Counted from the stretch's first letter, positions 40,437 to 53,172 are shown. The stretch: DNA of 64,000 nt from Vicugna vicugna (GCA_013265495.1 MU058584.1:7716407-7780406); one strand, 5' to 3'. The notes: generated by a model from the sequence alone, not told the origin. A program made the numbers and translations.

Positions 40437-41176
40437 TCATTTGCTTTACTTTAATTCAGTGAACATTCCCTGAAAACCTCCTAAGCCACAGGCATTGTGT
40501 TGGGTGCTGTGGGTCTCACAGTGACTACAACTGTTTTCTGCTCTTGAGAAGTTTGTGATCTAATTAGGCAGTGGAGGTAGGTTGACAGATAATCACAATA
40601 AAATGTTAGAAGTGCTCTGAGAGAGGTATGCATTGGGTGTTAGGAGGGGTGGGGAAGGGCAGAGAGGGTTTCCTAAAAGACTTGTCCATAAGCTAATTTT
40701 AAAGAGCACTTGGTATTGGAGCTAGTGAAAAGGGGCAGCCTCTGAAAGGGGGTGAGGAACCATAGACGTTATAAGCTCAGGCTCTTTACTCACGCTGGTT
40801 GAGTTTCCTCATCTGTAGCAGCAAGATAGTAAGATACCTCACGGGGTTGCCATAGGATTAAATGAAGTAATTATGTACAGCACCTTGGCATGTAGCTCTC
40901 AGTAAATATAAACGATTAATTCATGTTAAATGCAATATGACCTGATGGATTGGAAGTTGTGTTTGGAGGGCTCTTATTTTAGGATTGTTTCTATGCTCAT
41001 TTTCTTCTCATGCTAATGTAAGTTTTTTTTTCTTTCACTTGGAAAATATTGCACAAGAATCAACAAAGGTGATTTATTAAGAAACAGACAGATAAATTAG
41101 AAATGTGACAGTGTTGGTTTTAAAAGGAGTTTATCTTTACCAAGAAGATATCTCAGGCCAATCCAACATTTGCCCT

Positions 41177-42040
41177 CATTCATTCATTCATTCATTCAAT
41201 ACTTAAGCTCCTATGGTATACCAGGCACTGCACTTTATGGAAGTCTTACAGAGATGATTTGTACATAGTGCTTTTCTGTAGGAGCTCACAGTCCAGTAAG
41301 AGAGACAACACGGAACCGAAGCATCACACCATCATATGATAAGTGTGATCTTAAAGCCATGTGCAAAATACCAGTTATGATATTTGGCTGTGTAACACAC
41401 ACTCGGCTGGAGGAAAGCAGATCAGAGCTGGGTCTGAGAAGGAACAACAGTGGCAGCTGAGTGGAAGGAGGAAACACCAGTTGGAAGGAGATCAGTTCGA
41501 GGCTTCTGCAATAATCCAGGCAAGGATGGTAAATCTCAGTAGTGTCTGGCCAAGGTCTAGCTATGGTCTGGTAGTTCCTAGCTGTGGGCTAGTTATGGTC
41601 TGGCCCTGTGAAGAGAGATCAAAACTGGAGGGTCACATATAGAAGTCATCAGTCTAAAGGTGGTATTTGAAGCCATGGGGCCAATGAGCTAATTCAAGGA
41701 GATGGTGTCATGGTGCAGTGTGAAGAGAGAGGGATCCATGTGGGCAGGGCTGGAGAATATCAGCAAGTAAAGAATAAGAAAGAGAAGGAAGAAAGGTAAA
41801 CTGGGAAGAAACTGGGAGAAGTTGTCCCAGAAACCAAGAAAGTTACAGGAAGCAGAAACATTACCAGTGGTTCCAAATGGCACAGAGAAGTCAGGCAGGA
41901 AAGGAGTGACAAGAAGTCACCAGATTCCATAACTAAGATGCTGGGGATACGTTCAACCGGACTGCAGTGAGCTGAAGAAAGGAGTTTGGTGATGAGGACA
42001 AGAGGCAAGTGTGAAGAGAAGGTCTCTTTAATGTGGGAGA
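41177..42040 (-). mobile_element. LINE-2 fragment(s)
   Basis: Starts with (CATT)n, the reverse L2 tail, followed by purine-rich antisense L2 sequence such as GAAGTCATCAGTCTAAAGGTGGTATTTGAAGCCATGGG. Confidence 0.65.
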
Positions 42041-44452
42041 GTCAGAGCGTATTTGGGGCAAAGCCCGTGGGCACCTAAGCCCTCTACTGCTTTGTTCTAT
42101 TCATTGCTTTTAATATAAGAAATTTTATAAAATACTTGTCATGGCTTAGGAATCTCATGGAGAGCATTCAGAAAGTGCATCTCTTTGTGTTACCTGAACC
42201 CTCCCTGCTCCCTCCAGACGGGCCCTTCTCCCCGCCCCCAGCACACCCACACTGGAAGCTCAGGGCTGCAAAGGGAAGTGCAGGGAAGCCCGCTCTCCCG
42301 CTCAGGGCCCTCCCACAGTGTCCTGCCCTCTGCCCGCTTCCAATCCTCCTCACACAACAGCTCCCCTCCTCCCTGACCCACTGTTTTCATGACCTGGCTC
42401 CCACCTCTGGTATCTCTGAACCTCAGACTGTTTGCTTTGAGCCTGGTAGCCGGACCTCCTCAGCGTTGCAAACTCAGGCCTGAGCCCCAGGACACCAGTG
42501 GCAGTGCCAACAGTGACCCATCACCTATTCATTCATTGAGTATGTGTTCGTTAAGCCCCTAGTATGAGTCAGGTACTCTTCGAGGCCCTGGAAGATGTTG
42601 CTGAATAAGGAAGCCAAGTTCTTGCCCTTAGTGGAATTTACATTTAGAAGACGAGATAAAGAATACATAAGTTCTTGCAGGGAAGTAACACGGATCCGCA
42701 CACTTTGAACTGTAGTTACACTCTGTAAACTCTTGGAGCCACTCTCCTAGCTGTGCCCGGGTCTTTGATGTGCTGCCCTAAGGTACAAGGTCTCACTAGT
42801 GTCGCATCTCTTCCCCAGGCTCCAAACGTACCCAGTCACTAATAATAATAATAATGGAATTATATCAATCAAGTTGGATTCTTATTCTTTTCTGATTGAC
42901 TGTAAATAACGAACTACTCTTTTCATTTGCTCCCACATCCCTTTTCAGTGGCTCTTTCCCCTGCTGTGGTACCCTCATTCCATATACCCATCTCACCCCA
43001 TCTCATACTCCATTCCCAAAGTGCTAGACTTTGTAACTGATTACTGTATGCCACCCAATCTCAGATGCCATCAATGAAAAGATGTACCATTACTGTATTT
43101 ACTGATGAAGAAAAAACACCCATGATGAAGACCATAAGGAGACCCCTACATAAAACTGAGACATCAAAGGGCCACAGCTTCAGTACAGAGGTAAACAAGA
43201 AATAAACACGCAGAGAGAGACAGTTAAAAAAGAAAACGTGAATGCCTCAGTCTGGGCACTGATGGAGAAAGGGTGAAAAACACCTCAACTGAGAAATGAA
43301 ACTACAAGCTGGCACTCATACAAGGGGTCCAAGTTCACACTGCTAGTGGCCCAAATGGTCTCTGAGAATTTAATGATGTCAGGGTGATCAACAGAAGCAA
43401 AAGAGAATTCTCACAACCAGGGTTCTCAGTGCCCAGATGAGATCATCATCAAAGTCAGCACATCCCAATACACCCAAAGGACACTGGGCATCCTCTAGAC
43501 TTCACCGCCTACTGGACTATTGTCTCTTTCCTGTGAATTTAAATTATGAAAACAACATTTTGTCTCCTGTGACCACTCCAGAATTACAGATGGAAGAACT
43601 AAGGCTTATAGAGCACATTAACCAAGGCACTGGGAGGCTCACTTGGTGCCCCCCAAAGCCATTTCTTTTTCCCTGAAAGATCAGAACTTGTCTGTGTCTG
43701 GCACGTTAGGCACTTCCTGAAGTGAGGGAGGCCTGGATGGGAACTTTTATCAAGTATCACGCTGGCGTCTACAGACCTAAGTATCAGCTGCTGGGGCCGT
43801 GAGTCCTAGTTACTGATAGAACCTCCCTAGAGGCTAACTCTGGGCTTCACAGCTGGAAGTTACAGATGGTGGTAAAGGTCTTGAGAGGAAACGCGAGCAC
43901 AATTGTAAAACAGGAACTGGGTAGAAAGGGTAAAATTCTGGGTATTTTTTCTAACCAGAAGGAATTACAGAGGTCATCTTGTTCAATTCCTCAGGCCATG
44001 TGGCAGGGCTGCTATCATATCAGATTTTTGCATGGCTCAACGTTTTGCATAAACTCTGTTTAAATGCCACCTCCTCAGGGAAGACGCCTTGATTATCTCA
44101 TTGTTAATAACCTACCTACAACCCCGGATGCTCAATCTTTGTTCTGCTTCTTTTAGTCATAGCAATTATTACTAACTTATCTTGTCGGAAGTAACTAGTT
44201 CGTTGTTGACTTGTTTTTTCTGTCGTCTCTCACAAGTTATTCAACCAACCTAGAGCCAGAACAGTACCCAGCCTAAAACAGAAACTCAGAAATATTTGTT
44301 GAATGACTGAATAAATCAATGAAAATAATGACAAGGGCTATAATTCTTTCAATTTCAGACACATAAAATTCCACACCTGGTTTAGACTAGGTTCTAAGTG
44401 GTGCGTTTTCTCTGCGGAGCTAGCTCTGATTCTTCCGTATCCCAGCTCTTAC

Positions 44453-44519
44453 CATGCAAGGCTCTCTGGGTGAAAGAATGTATATCCTGTACCCCTTCAT
44501 GATGAGACACTCTCATTAT
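44453..44519 (-). pseudogene. Candidate decayed exon, 67 nt (DNESVSS*RGTGYTFFHPESLA)
   Basis: GTCACTTCTCCAG|A acceptor and ATG|GTAAGA donor; phase 1 to 2. Confidence 0.5.
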
Positions 44520-44994
44520 CTGGAGAAGTGACAAGGCTGATCATCAGGGAACAATGTGATTAACTCAAAAAAGGCTGGGAAGTACAAATAGATTTTTTAT
44601 GATATGAAAATTGAAAGAAATGAAAGATTTAAAGGTTTAAAATAACATTTTTACAATGAAAATAGAAAAATCACCAAGACTGGGAAGGGAACAGAGGTGA
44701 CTTTTAATGAAGGAGGAGAGATTCAAGATGTCATGGTTTCTGTCCATGCTCCTTTCATCTCTGCTGTTAAGCAACCATGGGAGTTTATAAAGTCTTCTTC
44801 CAGGACAGCTTTAAAAATAAGAGCTCTATCTCTTTGACTAGAGAGGGACTGTGATCTCCTCCCAGAAGGAGGAGGAAACCAGGTGGCCTTCCCAGCGTCT
44901 TCCAGCCTCATGGTATTCTGAATTTGGACACCTGGAAAACTATTCATTTGTTGTTCAGCAAACATTTACAAAGTGCCTCTAAGGACCAGAGGAG

Positions 44995-45480
44995 GGTCAG
45001 TATCCTTCGGTTGCAAATGACAGAAACTCAATTCATACAATTTTTTAAAAAAGGAAGTGCACTTAAAGGATCCTGTGTTTTCTCCCAGAGTGACTGAGCC
45101 ACAAAAATGGCATGAATGCACAGACCCCAGGAGCCATGAAGCCAGGGACCTAACATGGTGTGGATTCTTTCTCTACCATTTCCCTTCCTCCTGGGATCAT
45201 CTTTTCCCTTCGCCTGCCGCAGACTGCCTATTTCCACTTGGTGGGAAACCTGACAGTGGTGGGCATCTTCTAAGCTTTATGACTTATAGCTTTTAGCCAC
45301 TGTGGTTCCAAGCCAAAAAATCCAAGAGAAGGCACCTAACGCAACTTGGAAAGGCACCCTGTCATCAAGCAATCAGTTATGACCATTGGGATGGGGTTAA
45401 ATAGGAACGCCGTGAAGTGATGGGGAGAGAGACAGTCTTCAAAGGAAGCGGGTTGGGCTGAGCAGACAATACCATATATT
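44995..45480. mobile_element. MaLR LTR (MLT1J/K-like)
   Basis: GGTTGCAAATGACAGAAACTCAATTCA terminus motif characteristic of MLT1J/K; by eye. Confidence 0.55.
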
Positions 45481-45549
45481 CCCATCATGGCCTGGCACTG
45501 TGTTGGACACTGGCCAGACGAAGATGACCAAGCCTTTATACCAGTAAAC

Positions 45550-45797
45550 CTGAGGTGTCATCAGCTGCCGCGCTACACAGAAATGCTGTCAATGATGTCC
45601 CTGGTGAGTCTAAATGAAGCGCTGTGTTAAGAAGAAGCTGAGATTGGCATCTCTTTCTGAGAAGGCTGACTCCACTTTCTTTGTAAAAGGTGCATCCTGT
45701 CTCTCCAGTTCGGTAGGCTGGCCTGTCCCTCGGAGCTGGTGATGACTGCGGAAGTAAAGGTGATAGTTAAGGAACCGGTTTGTCAGCTCCGGGGAAT
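45550..45797 (-). pseudogene. Candidate decayed exon, 248 nt
   Basis: CTCTTTTCCAG|A acceptor; one stop in 82 codons in phase 2; weak CAG|GTTTAC donor. Confidence 0.4.
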
Positions 45798-47199
45798 CTG
45801 GAAAAGAGGTCACCGTGACAGCCTTGGGGGTGAGCACGATGAAGGGGGAAACAACTAGAGCAGATGGAGAGGAGGAGAGAAGGCACAGAAAGAGAGAAAA
45901 CAGGAACAGAGGAGTGTTGGTGGTGGAGCTAATGGGACATCAGTGTAAAACTAACTCCAAACCTCACTTCCTCGTGGCTCTCCGTGTCTTCCTCCTTTCG
46001 GGAATGAGACGATACGGAGGGTAAAGCGTTTTGACCTGGGGCTCTCTGATCACAGATTGTCGCTTCCACTCCGTGGCTCTGTCTGCTCAGCGCCTCCCCC
46101 CGCCCCCAGGCGGTGCCTCATTGGGAAGGGGGTCTGAGACTGAATGAGCTATTTATGGCCTAGCTTTGTTTCCATGACAACTGATCCCCAAGCACTGCAT
46201 TTAGGCCCTTAGAATTCACACCTTCCCAAGGAGGAATGCGTCTGTTTGGGGAAGGGATGGAGTTGGCTTATGGTCACTTAGCTGGGCTTTTCAGAGATTC
46301 TCCAAAGGGCTGATATTTCTTTTAGAGAGATTTCTGTTCTCAATGCTTGAAGTAACAGTGAGTCTTTCCAAATGACCTGAAATCAGAATTCTTTACTTTT
46401 CCCTTTAGAGAATGGCCCCAGCCCAATGACTCCCAAACAGGCCTATAAGAACAGCACAGGCCTCGTCATTGGTTAGTCAAGTGGGAAAGTGGGAGGAAGT
46501 GATGCACTGGTGACGACTGGCTCCGCCAGACAGCCCACATCAGGAACTGCCTCTCCTCTCCCTGAACTCGAGTGGCCACCGAGAACCAGAGAATTTCAGG
46601 GGAAGAAGGATCTTAGATGTCCTGCAAGTCAGTAGACACATGTGGCAAGAGTCACAGCAGAGATGCGGGTGTTCAGGGAGATGAAGATGTTCAGTGTCTG
46701 CATTGTAAGGATTTCAGTGGCTGACTCTGCGTTCCTCTGTGAGGCTTGAAGGAAGACATGGTGACTTAGCCATTTGCCTACATCTAGCCGGCGTGGGGCC
46801 TGGCACAGAGTGGGTCATCAGTCAGTTTTGGTTGATTGACTGAATGAAAGAAATGTTTGATATTTGTGAGCGCGTCTCAGGAGCCGTGCACAATCTGGGG
46901 CTTCCTAAAAGCACTGAACTTGCTGTCTAGAAATGAAAGAAATCTTTTTTTTTTAATTTTCAAATGATCCCTCATTTAACTCTGATTGATTTTTTAAAAT
47001 TGTCCTCCATGTTAACTAGGGATGTGAGTCCCCCAAACTGGCTCTGAGTGAAACAGAGGAAGTTCTTTTCCTCTCTCATAGTCCTCTCAAAGAGCAGCAG
47101 CTCATCCCGGGGCCCAGCAGCTGGGCTGAGGATGGGAATTCCTGTGGGTTCCCAGCAGAGCTCAGGATTGAAATACAGGGAAATGCCTTGCAGAGTTAC

Positions 47200-47381
47200 C
47201 TTCCCTGAGGGACCGCGAAACCATCGAAAGATAGAAACAGTCTAGTCATCATGGAATTCTCTGTGCTTTCCTTCCAATTTGTAAACACCCTAGACCTTAT
47301 GTCATTGAAATCGGGAGGTTTTTCCCACAAAGTCAGACTCCTGTTTGTGCATGAGAATGGCTGAAGTAAACTGGCTTAAAA
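47200..47381 (-). pseudogene. Candidate decayed exon, 182 nt (...SLTLWEKPPDFNDIRSRVFTNWKESTENSMMTRLFLSFDGFAVPQG)
   Basis: CTTCCTTGTTGTTTTTCAG|T acceptor and AAG|GTAACT donor; one stop in 60 codons in phase 0. Confidence 0.55.
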
Positions 47382-47598
47382 CTGAAAAACAACAAGGAAG
47401 AGATAAGCAATGAGAATTGACATCTGTAAACGAAGAACAACAACAGAAGGTAAATTTATGCCTTCCCGGCTGAGCACAGGGGCGCTGGTGGCAGCCTGAC
47501 TGGCTTTGTGTCCTGACGCCACACCTTCCTGCTGCCCTGTGGCTTTGGGCAAGACTGTGGTGCCACTGAAATGCATCATATCAAGAAAAGGGCTCAAA

Positions 47599-47753
47599 GT
47601 GGGGAGGGTATAGCTCAGTGGTGGAGCACATGCTTAGCATGCACGAGGTCCTGGGTTCAGTCCCCAGTACCACCATTAAAATAAGTAAGTAAAAAAGTCA
47701 ATCGATCGATCAAATTACCTCCCCTCCAGAAAAAAAATTTAAGAAAAAAAAAA
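47599..47753 (+). mobile_element. tRNA-Ala-derived SINE (camelid vic-1 type)
   Basis: Same head, body and tail. TSD AAGAAAAG(G/A)GCTCAAA at 47583-47598 and 47754-47769. Confidence 0.92.
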
Positions 47754-48411
47754 AAGAAAAGAGCTCAAAATATGCCTGACATATAATAAGTACTCAATAA
47801 ATATCAGCTAATCTTGCTATTATATAATTTTTAAGTCCTTTCTAAATCAGTTTTAATAAGGTCATTCTCCTGCTTAAAATACTTCAATGGCTTCTTGCCC
47901 CACCTCCCCACCCCCACCCTCAGATGAATGGCAAGTCCTTTAGCATGGTCTGCAGTAGCCCAGGGCTGGCCTCCAGCAACTCATCTCCTGCAACTCCTCC
48001 CTGGTCAGACCCTAAGCTGGTCTCGTCCTCTTACACCTCTGTGCGTGTTCTCTTTCTTCTACTTGAAACAGCCTTTCCCTGCTCCTCCCCTGGCTAATAC
48101 CTATTTGTCCCTAAACTAGTCCTCATGTCTCCTCTTCCAGGAAGCTCCCCCTAACGTGACCAGCTTGGCTTAGGGACCTCACACAAGCTCTTGGGTACCC
48201 TTGTTCTACTGTATCACAGTCCCTAACATATTCTGCTCATATCTGTCCTTCTCTTTCTCCCCCACCGACCATGTGCTCCTTTGCGGAAAGAAACAGCATC
48301 TTGTTCTCTAATGTATCCTCAGCATGAATCACGGAGCAGGTGTTCCCCAAAATGCTTGGTATCTTTAGAGTTGAGGATGTTTGATAATGAAATATCCTAG
48401 AAAAATGGAAT

Positions 48412-48707
48412 GAGGAAAGAAAAAGAAAGGAAGAAAGAAAGGAAGAGAGGAAGAAAGGAAGGAAGGAAGAAAGAAAGAAATAAAGGAAGAAAGAAAGAAA
48501 GAGAAAGAAAGAAAGAGAGAAAGAAAGAAAGGAAGGAAGGAAGGAAGGAAGAAAGAAAGAAAGAAAGATAAAGGGAGAAAGAGAGAAAGAAAAAGAAAGG
48601 AAGGAAGAAAGGAAGAAAGAAAAGAAAGAGAAGGGAAGAGGGGAGGAAGGAAGGAAGGGGGGAGGGAGGGAGGAGGGGAGAGGAAGAAAGGAAAGAAGGA
48701 AAGAAGG
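48412..48707. repeat. Nearly pure polypurine (GAAA/GGAA)n compound repeat, about 295 bp
   Basis: Seen directly; only two T interruptions. Confidence 0.97.
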
Positions 48708-49823
48708 TCTGTAATTCCCTCACCTCTCATCCACTCCCGCACCCTCAGATTCACTCCTGTATTGTTTTCCATTCTCAAGTTCCCCTTAAGAGAATGTCAG
48801 GAGTCACATTCCCTGGTGACCCAGGTCTCCAAGGCCGCTACCTGATCCTGCTTTATTTCCTGTGAGCAACCACAGCACCAGCTCTGATCCTCAGTGGAAA
48901 TTCTGAGCAGTCCCGGTTTCAGGTCCTTTTAAGCTGATTATGGTTCTTAGAGGTAAGGGATCCAAGGCTTTCCATAATCTAGACAATGCAGAGCCTGTCT
49001 TTCGGACTAGCCAGCACTGGACACATAATCACCGTCACTTTCCCCTTTTCTATGAATCCTAGAGGGCCGCAGTTAATCCTTTAAATGCTCCTGTGGGTGG
49101 AAACTCCATCCTGTTACGCGTCGGTCAGGAACGTGGATAGCTCAAGGTCACCCAGCAGATCAGTGGCAGACCAGGAGGTCCTAGGGTCGTGTGATGTGTC
49201 CGTCTCTTTTTCTCTTTGGCATTTTTTTATTCTAGACACAGAACTATGACGTTAAAATCAGAGCAGGGGGCAAGCTGATGAGAAATTACATAAATGGACA
49301 AGATTTAAAGGCAAGCAAATGATAAACAGAATTTATGAAATCCCTGTGAACCTGTTCCCAGCAGTCTGGAAAGCACTAGGGAAAACAAACACTGCAAGTT
49401 AGAATTACCCCCATATTCATTTCTTTGGCATGAAAAACCCCCAAGGATCCAGAGTAAGGGTTAGGAGAAGAGAAAGAGGAAGTATGAACCAGGGGCGTGA
49501 TTCTTCTGCCATTGAGTAAATATCTTATTTTGAGCAGAATTGGTTACAAGCTTCTGAAATACCTTTCTTAGGATGTTTGATCGTGGCAAGTGGAAGGGAC
49601 TTCAAAAATTTTCAATCTCAAGTATGAATAGACCTAAAGCTTTTCACTCATTTCTGAACTAGGCAGAAAAATGATCAGGGAGCTTCTCAAAGTTAGTGAA
49701 GTCTCTTCTGGTCCAGAAGTCATATATCACTTCTCATGACAGCTCTTAGTTTTCTGCAAGGTCTGTAATTTAGCAGATACTCAACACATTTTGCTGGAAA
49801 AAAAAACAAACAACTGTGAATGT

Positions 49824-50025
49824 ATAGCATGGTTGGTGAAGGAAACATGATCTCTTATTTTTCGTTCTCAAAGGAAAAAAAAGGCTTTGCCAATTTCTGT
49901 GATGTAAATACTCCCAGCAAGGCCACTTTTCATTTACCAATGGTGTAACAGCAATCTCACAAAATTTTTAGAAATTTAACAATCAGCTCTCGTGCCCAGC
50001 AGGTGTCAACTCCAGCACACCCGTG
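49824..50025 (-). mobile_element. hAT DNA transposon (MER63-like)
   Basis: TTGCCAATTTCTGTGATGTAAATACTCCCA and AAATTTAACAATCAGCTCTCG...TCCAGCACACC match the MER63 internal and terminal motifs. Confidence 0.65.
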
Positions 50026-50428
50026 CTTGTGGCAGCATGTTCTGGTCTCTCCGTATATACAAAGGCAGGGCTGTATCGAGCGTTTTCAATGTATTTAGCC
50101 CCCAGAAGGAAACAGAGGTTCTAGATTAAGCTGGAGGTGGCGAGAAACAGAGATTCTGCAGTGTGATGAGGCCTTCTGCATAGTGAAGCCCATCAGTCGT
50201 GTCCTGGGGGAACCATCGGAGGCCAGAGTACTTTTCCATCTCCAGCATAGTATGAAAAATTGAAGAAGTGCATGTCAACTCTCCTCTGCATTCTGCACAC
50301 ATCTTCCTCTAAGCCAAGAAAAAAGAAACCTCCAAATTCAAAAACCCTCTTTAGATAATAGGGCTAAGGTTTGTGTGAACAAGTGAAAAACACGAATCCA
50401 GGTCTGAGTGTGCTCAAATCACAGTTAC

Positions 50429-50885
50429 CGATTTACTACATCTTTGTAATGTGAGGATTACAACAGAGAGGGTTATTTCTGGTCACCTAAACCCTTACAT
50501 CAGTACCAGGGATACTTTCCATATGTGATCGGCAATAAGCATGTTTCATCAAGACAAGTAGATCATATTCCCATTTTCCCACAATTGACATCATTCATAT
50601 AATTTTTGGTAGATGTTTCTCCATTTGTCACACTGCTAAATTGACAGGGTTTCCTGCTCATGAGCGATTAGGCTGAGTGCTCTGTGATGGGCGTTTCTTA
50701 GAGACACACGGATGTAGCCAGTGTGACTCCTTTCAGCCAGTACATCCTCCCCACGACACACTCTGGACAGACCGGGAGCCTGACACGGGTTCTGCTTATG
50801 GATTGCAGGAAGGTACCTGGGACCAGGTTCCACGGGAAGCAGGTGTCCTTCCTTGCCAGCTCTGCCCTGTCTGGGAGGTGGGAGC
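50429..50885 (-). pseudogene. Candidate decayed exon (GSHLPDRAELARKDTCFPWNLVPGTFLQSISRTRVRLPVCPECVVGRMYWLKGVTLATSVCL*...)
   Basis: CCCTTCCACTCCAG|G acceptor, in phase with the previous block and open for 61 codons. The TCG|GTAACT donor is tentative. Confidence 0.45.
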
Positions 50886-51174
50886 CTGGAGTGGAAGGGA
50901 AGGTGGGAGCCAGGCCAGCAGGGCTCTGTGAAGGCACATCCCTCCCCCACCACACAAACAGGCTTCGTATAAAAGATGGGTCTCAGCCTATTCTTCCATT
51001 CACAGCGTTAGCTCCACATCACTCCCCTGCCTCCACCTTTCACGGGTCACTCGATCCTGCTCTTGGTCCTCCTTGCCTTCACTTTGCTCTCGTTCTCTTT
51101 CTTCTTCCCCAAGATCATTCTTTGGCACCACCCAGTGTGTTTGGGTTGGCTCTGCTCAGTATCTCATAAGAGAT

Positions 51175-51400
51175 AACACAGACTCTGAGAAGTCAGGTGG
51201 TCTGGGTTTGTGCCTTGAGCTCTTCACTTGCTGGCTGTGTGACCCTGGAAAAGTAACTTGCCCTCTCTAAGCCTCAGCTGCTTCATTTGCAAAACAAGGT
51301 CACTACACGCCCCTATTTTATGAGTGTTGTGAGGCGAAAATGAGGACATACATGCCAAGTTCCTAGCAAATACCTCAGTGGTGGACACTTAAATATGTAA
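51175..51400 (+). mobile_element. MIR SINE (one of many; others near 3930-4075, 7060-7195, 9690-9880, 11560-11760, 35795-35872, 56000-56250, 57345-57530, 61085-61320)
   Basis: MIR core GCTGTGTGACCCTGGAAAAGTAACTTGCCCTCTCTAAGCCTCAGCTGCTTCATTTGCAAAA. Confidence 0.8.
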
Positions 51401-51524
51401 GCTCTTAATATTACTTCTAGCCTTGATATTTTTGTTGTTAACAGTAGAAGTGCAGTTTCTGTGGCACAACGTTGCCCCAAGAGCCTTGGGTGATGCCCAC
51501 ACTCGAGCCCCAGCCGGCCTTTAC

Positions 51525-51744
51525 CTCCAGCGGTCCCCACATCCAAGGTCCTGAGTAAAGTGCTGATAAACGCTGACTGTGAGGTGATGCATATGAAACC
51601 AATGCCAAACCCACCTCCAAGCATAGCATGTGTAATAATCTGTCCCTGGAGATGTCCTGCAAGGGTACCTTGGATAAGAAAATCCTTCATGACTTTCTGA
51701 TTTTGCTTGCCATGTGCTTTGTTATCACTAACACGGAAGTATGT
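51525..51744 (-). pseudogene. Candidate exon, 220 nt, fully open in phase 0 (TYFRVSDNKAHGKQNQKVMKDFLIQGTLAGHLQGQIITHAMLGGGFGIGFICITSQSAFISTLLRTLDVGTAG)
   Basis: ATATTTTCCAG|A acceptor and GAG|GTAAAG donor; 73 codons without a stop between the splice sites. Confidence 0.55.
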
Positions 51745-52095
51745 CTGGAAAATATATGTCTTTTAAAAAATTTACATTTGATAAACACTGTCTTCTTGGA
51801 CTTTAAAATGAATAATGACCATTGTCGCAGAGTCAGGGATGAAGTGGTTTTATTGTTCATTTCTCCTCTAAGGAGCTGAACCAGGGATGGGCAAGATGGC
51901 CTCTTGTACTTCTTGTAATTAAAGATCCGTCTGGAGCCCTGCTTGAAAGTCCTACCTTTTTTCACTTCCCTCCATTTGTTCTGGGGAGGTAGCCAAGCTC
52001 CTGAACTGGGACGGATGCTGCCTGGATCTGTCAGGTCTGGACGCCCTTGAAGCTGCAGCCGAGCTCATCTGTCAGGGTCGGAGATATGAACTTAC

Positions 52096-52240
52096 CTTCC
52101 AGGTCGAAAGTGCCTTTGAGTTTTCCAAGATACAGGAAAAGAGATCCCATGTCTGCAGTCAGGGGCAGCCCTGTGTATCAGGGAATGAACCCGTGCTTTC
52201 CAGATACTCTAACAACAGACTTTACAGGTGTTTGAGAAAT
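52096..52240 (-). pseudogene. Candidate decayed exon, 145 nt (FLKHL*SLLLEYLESTGSFPDTQGCP*LQTWDLFSCILENSKALSTWK, or ISQTPVKSVVRVSGKHGFIP*YTGLPL...DLE)
   Basis: CCTGGCCGTCTCCAG|A acceptor and consensus AAG|GTAAGT donor. Confidence 0.55.
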
Positions 52241-53151
52241 CTGGAGACGGCCAGGAACAAAGGCCAAGAGGAGAACTAGTTGGCGGGAAAGGTCATGGCC
52301 CGGGGTCAGCAGTGTGAGGACCCCGTGCATTTCCAGACAGCACCCTCACCTTCCATGCCACTCTACCTGCAGCCTTTCTTCCTCTCCTCCCCAAGCACCC
52401 TGAAGTTCTGTTCCAATCTTCAGTTTCAAAATGGGGGGGAGGGAGAGAATTACATTTAGCAAAAAGCTCCCCACAGTCTTTGCACAGAGATCTATATTCT
52501 ATTTCCTTCAGACGGTTTTTTGTTTTGTTTGTTTGTTTGTTTTGTCACATATTGGAATCTGCCTGTTGTCCTGAGGGCTGCTCAGAGTGGGTCCAATATT
52601 CCCACTGCTGAGTCCTAATTCCTTAGCCCTGTCCCAGGGCAGTGAATTTGTAACATACAAATTCAAATTCAACTTGATGAGAGAACCTTAAGAATTATAA
52701 CCTGTAAATGTAAAGGGGGAGACCCAACAGATGGAAGGTCCTCGGAGGTCATCCCACCCAGTGCCAGGTGCCACGGCCCACTTACCGAGTTGTCTGGCCT
52801 TTAATTAAACACCAGATGACAGAGCTGCCTCTTCAGAAGAGCAAGGAATGTCTGCAAAATAGGGGTGGGGAGAGGGACTAACTTTTCTTAATATATGTAT
52901 GTTTTTTGTCCCTTTCAAATTTGATCCTGTTGCATATATGACCCATTCAAAAAAGTAAATTAGCTATTTTGAAAATGCCTTCAGTGTGAGGAAACGCATT
53001 ACCCCACAAAGCAGAGCATCCCATTTCACATGGCTGGGACTGGTAGAAAGTTGTTCCTCCTGCTGAGCTGGGATCAGACTTCATGTGGCTTCTCTTCTGC
53101 CCACCCCTCATAGTAAGTAGGACAGAACTGGCCCACCCTCCTCAGCCTCAA

Positions 53152-53172
53152 ATATATATATGTGTAGGTAGG

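Noticed and set aside
48365..48778. 137-aa and 108-aa Phe/Leu/Ser-rich ORFs resembling membrane proteins
   Set aside because: Translations of the (TTTC/TTCC)n repeat.
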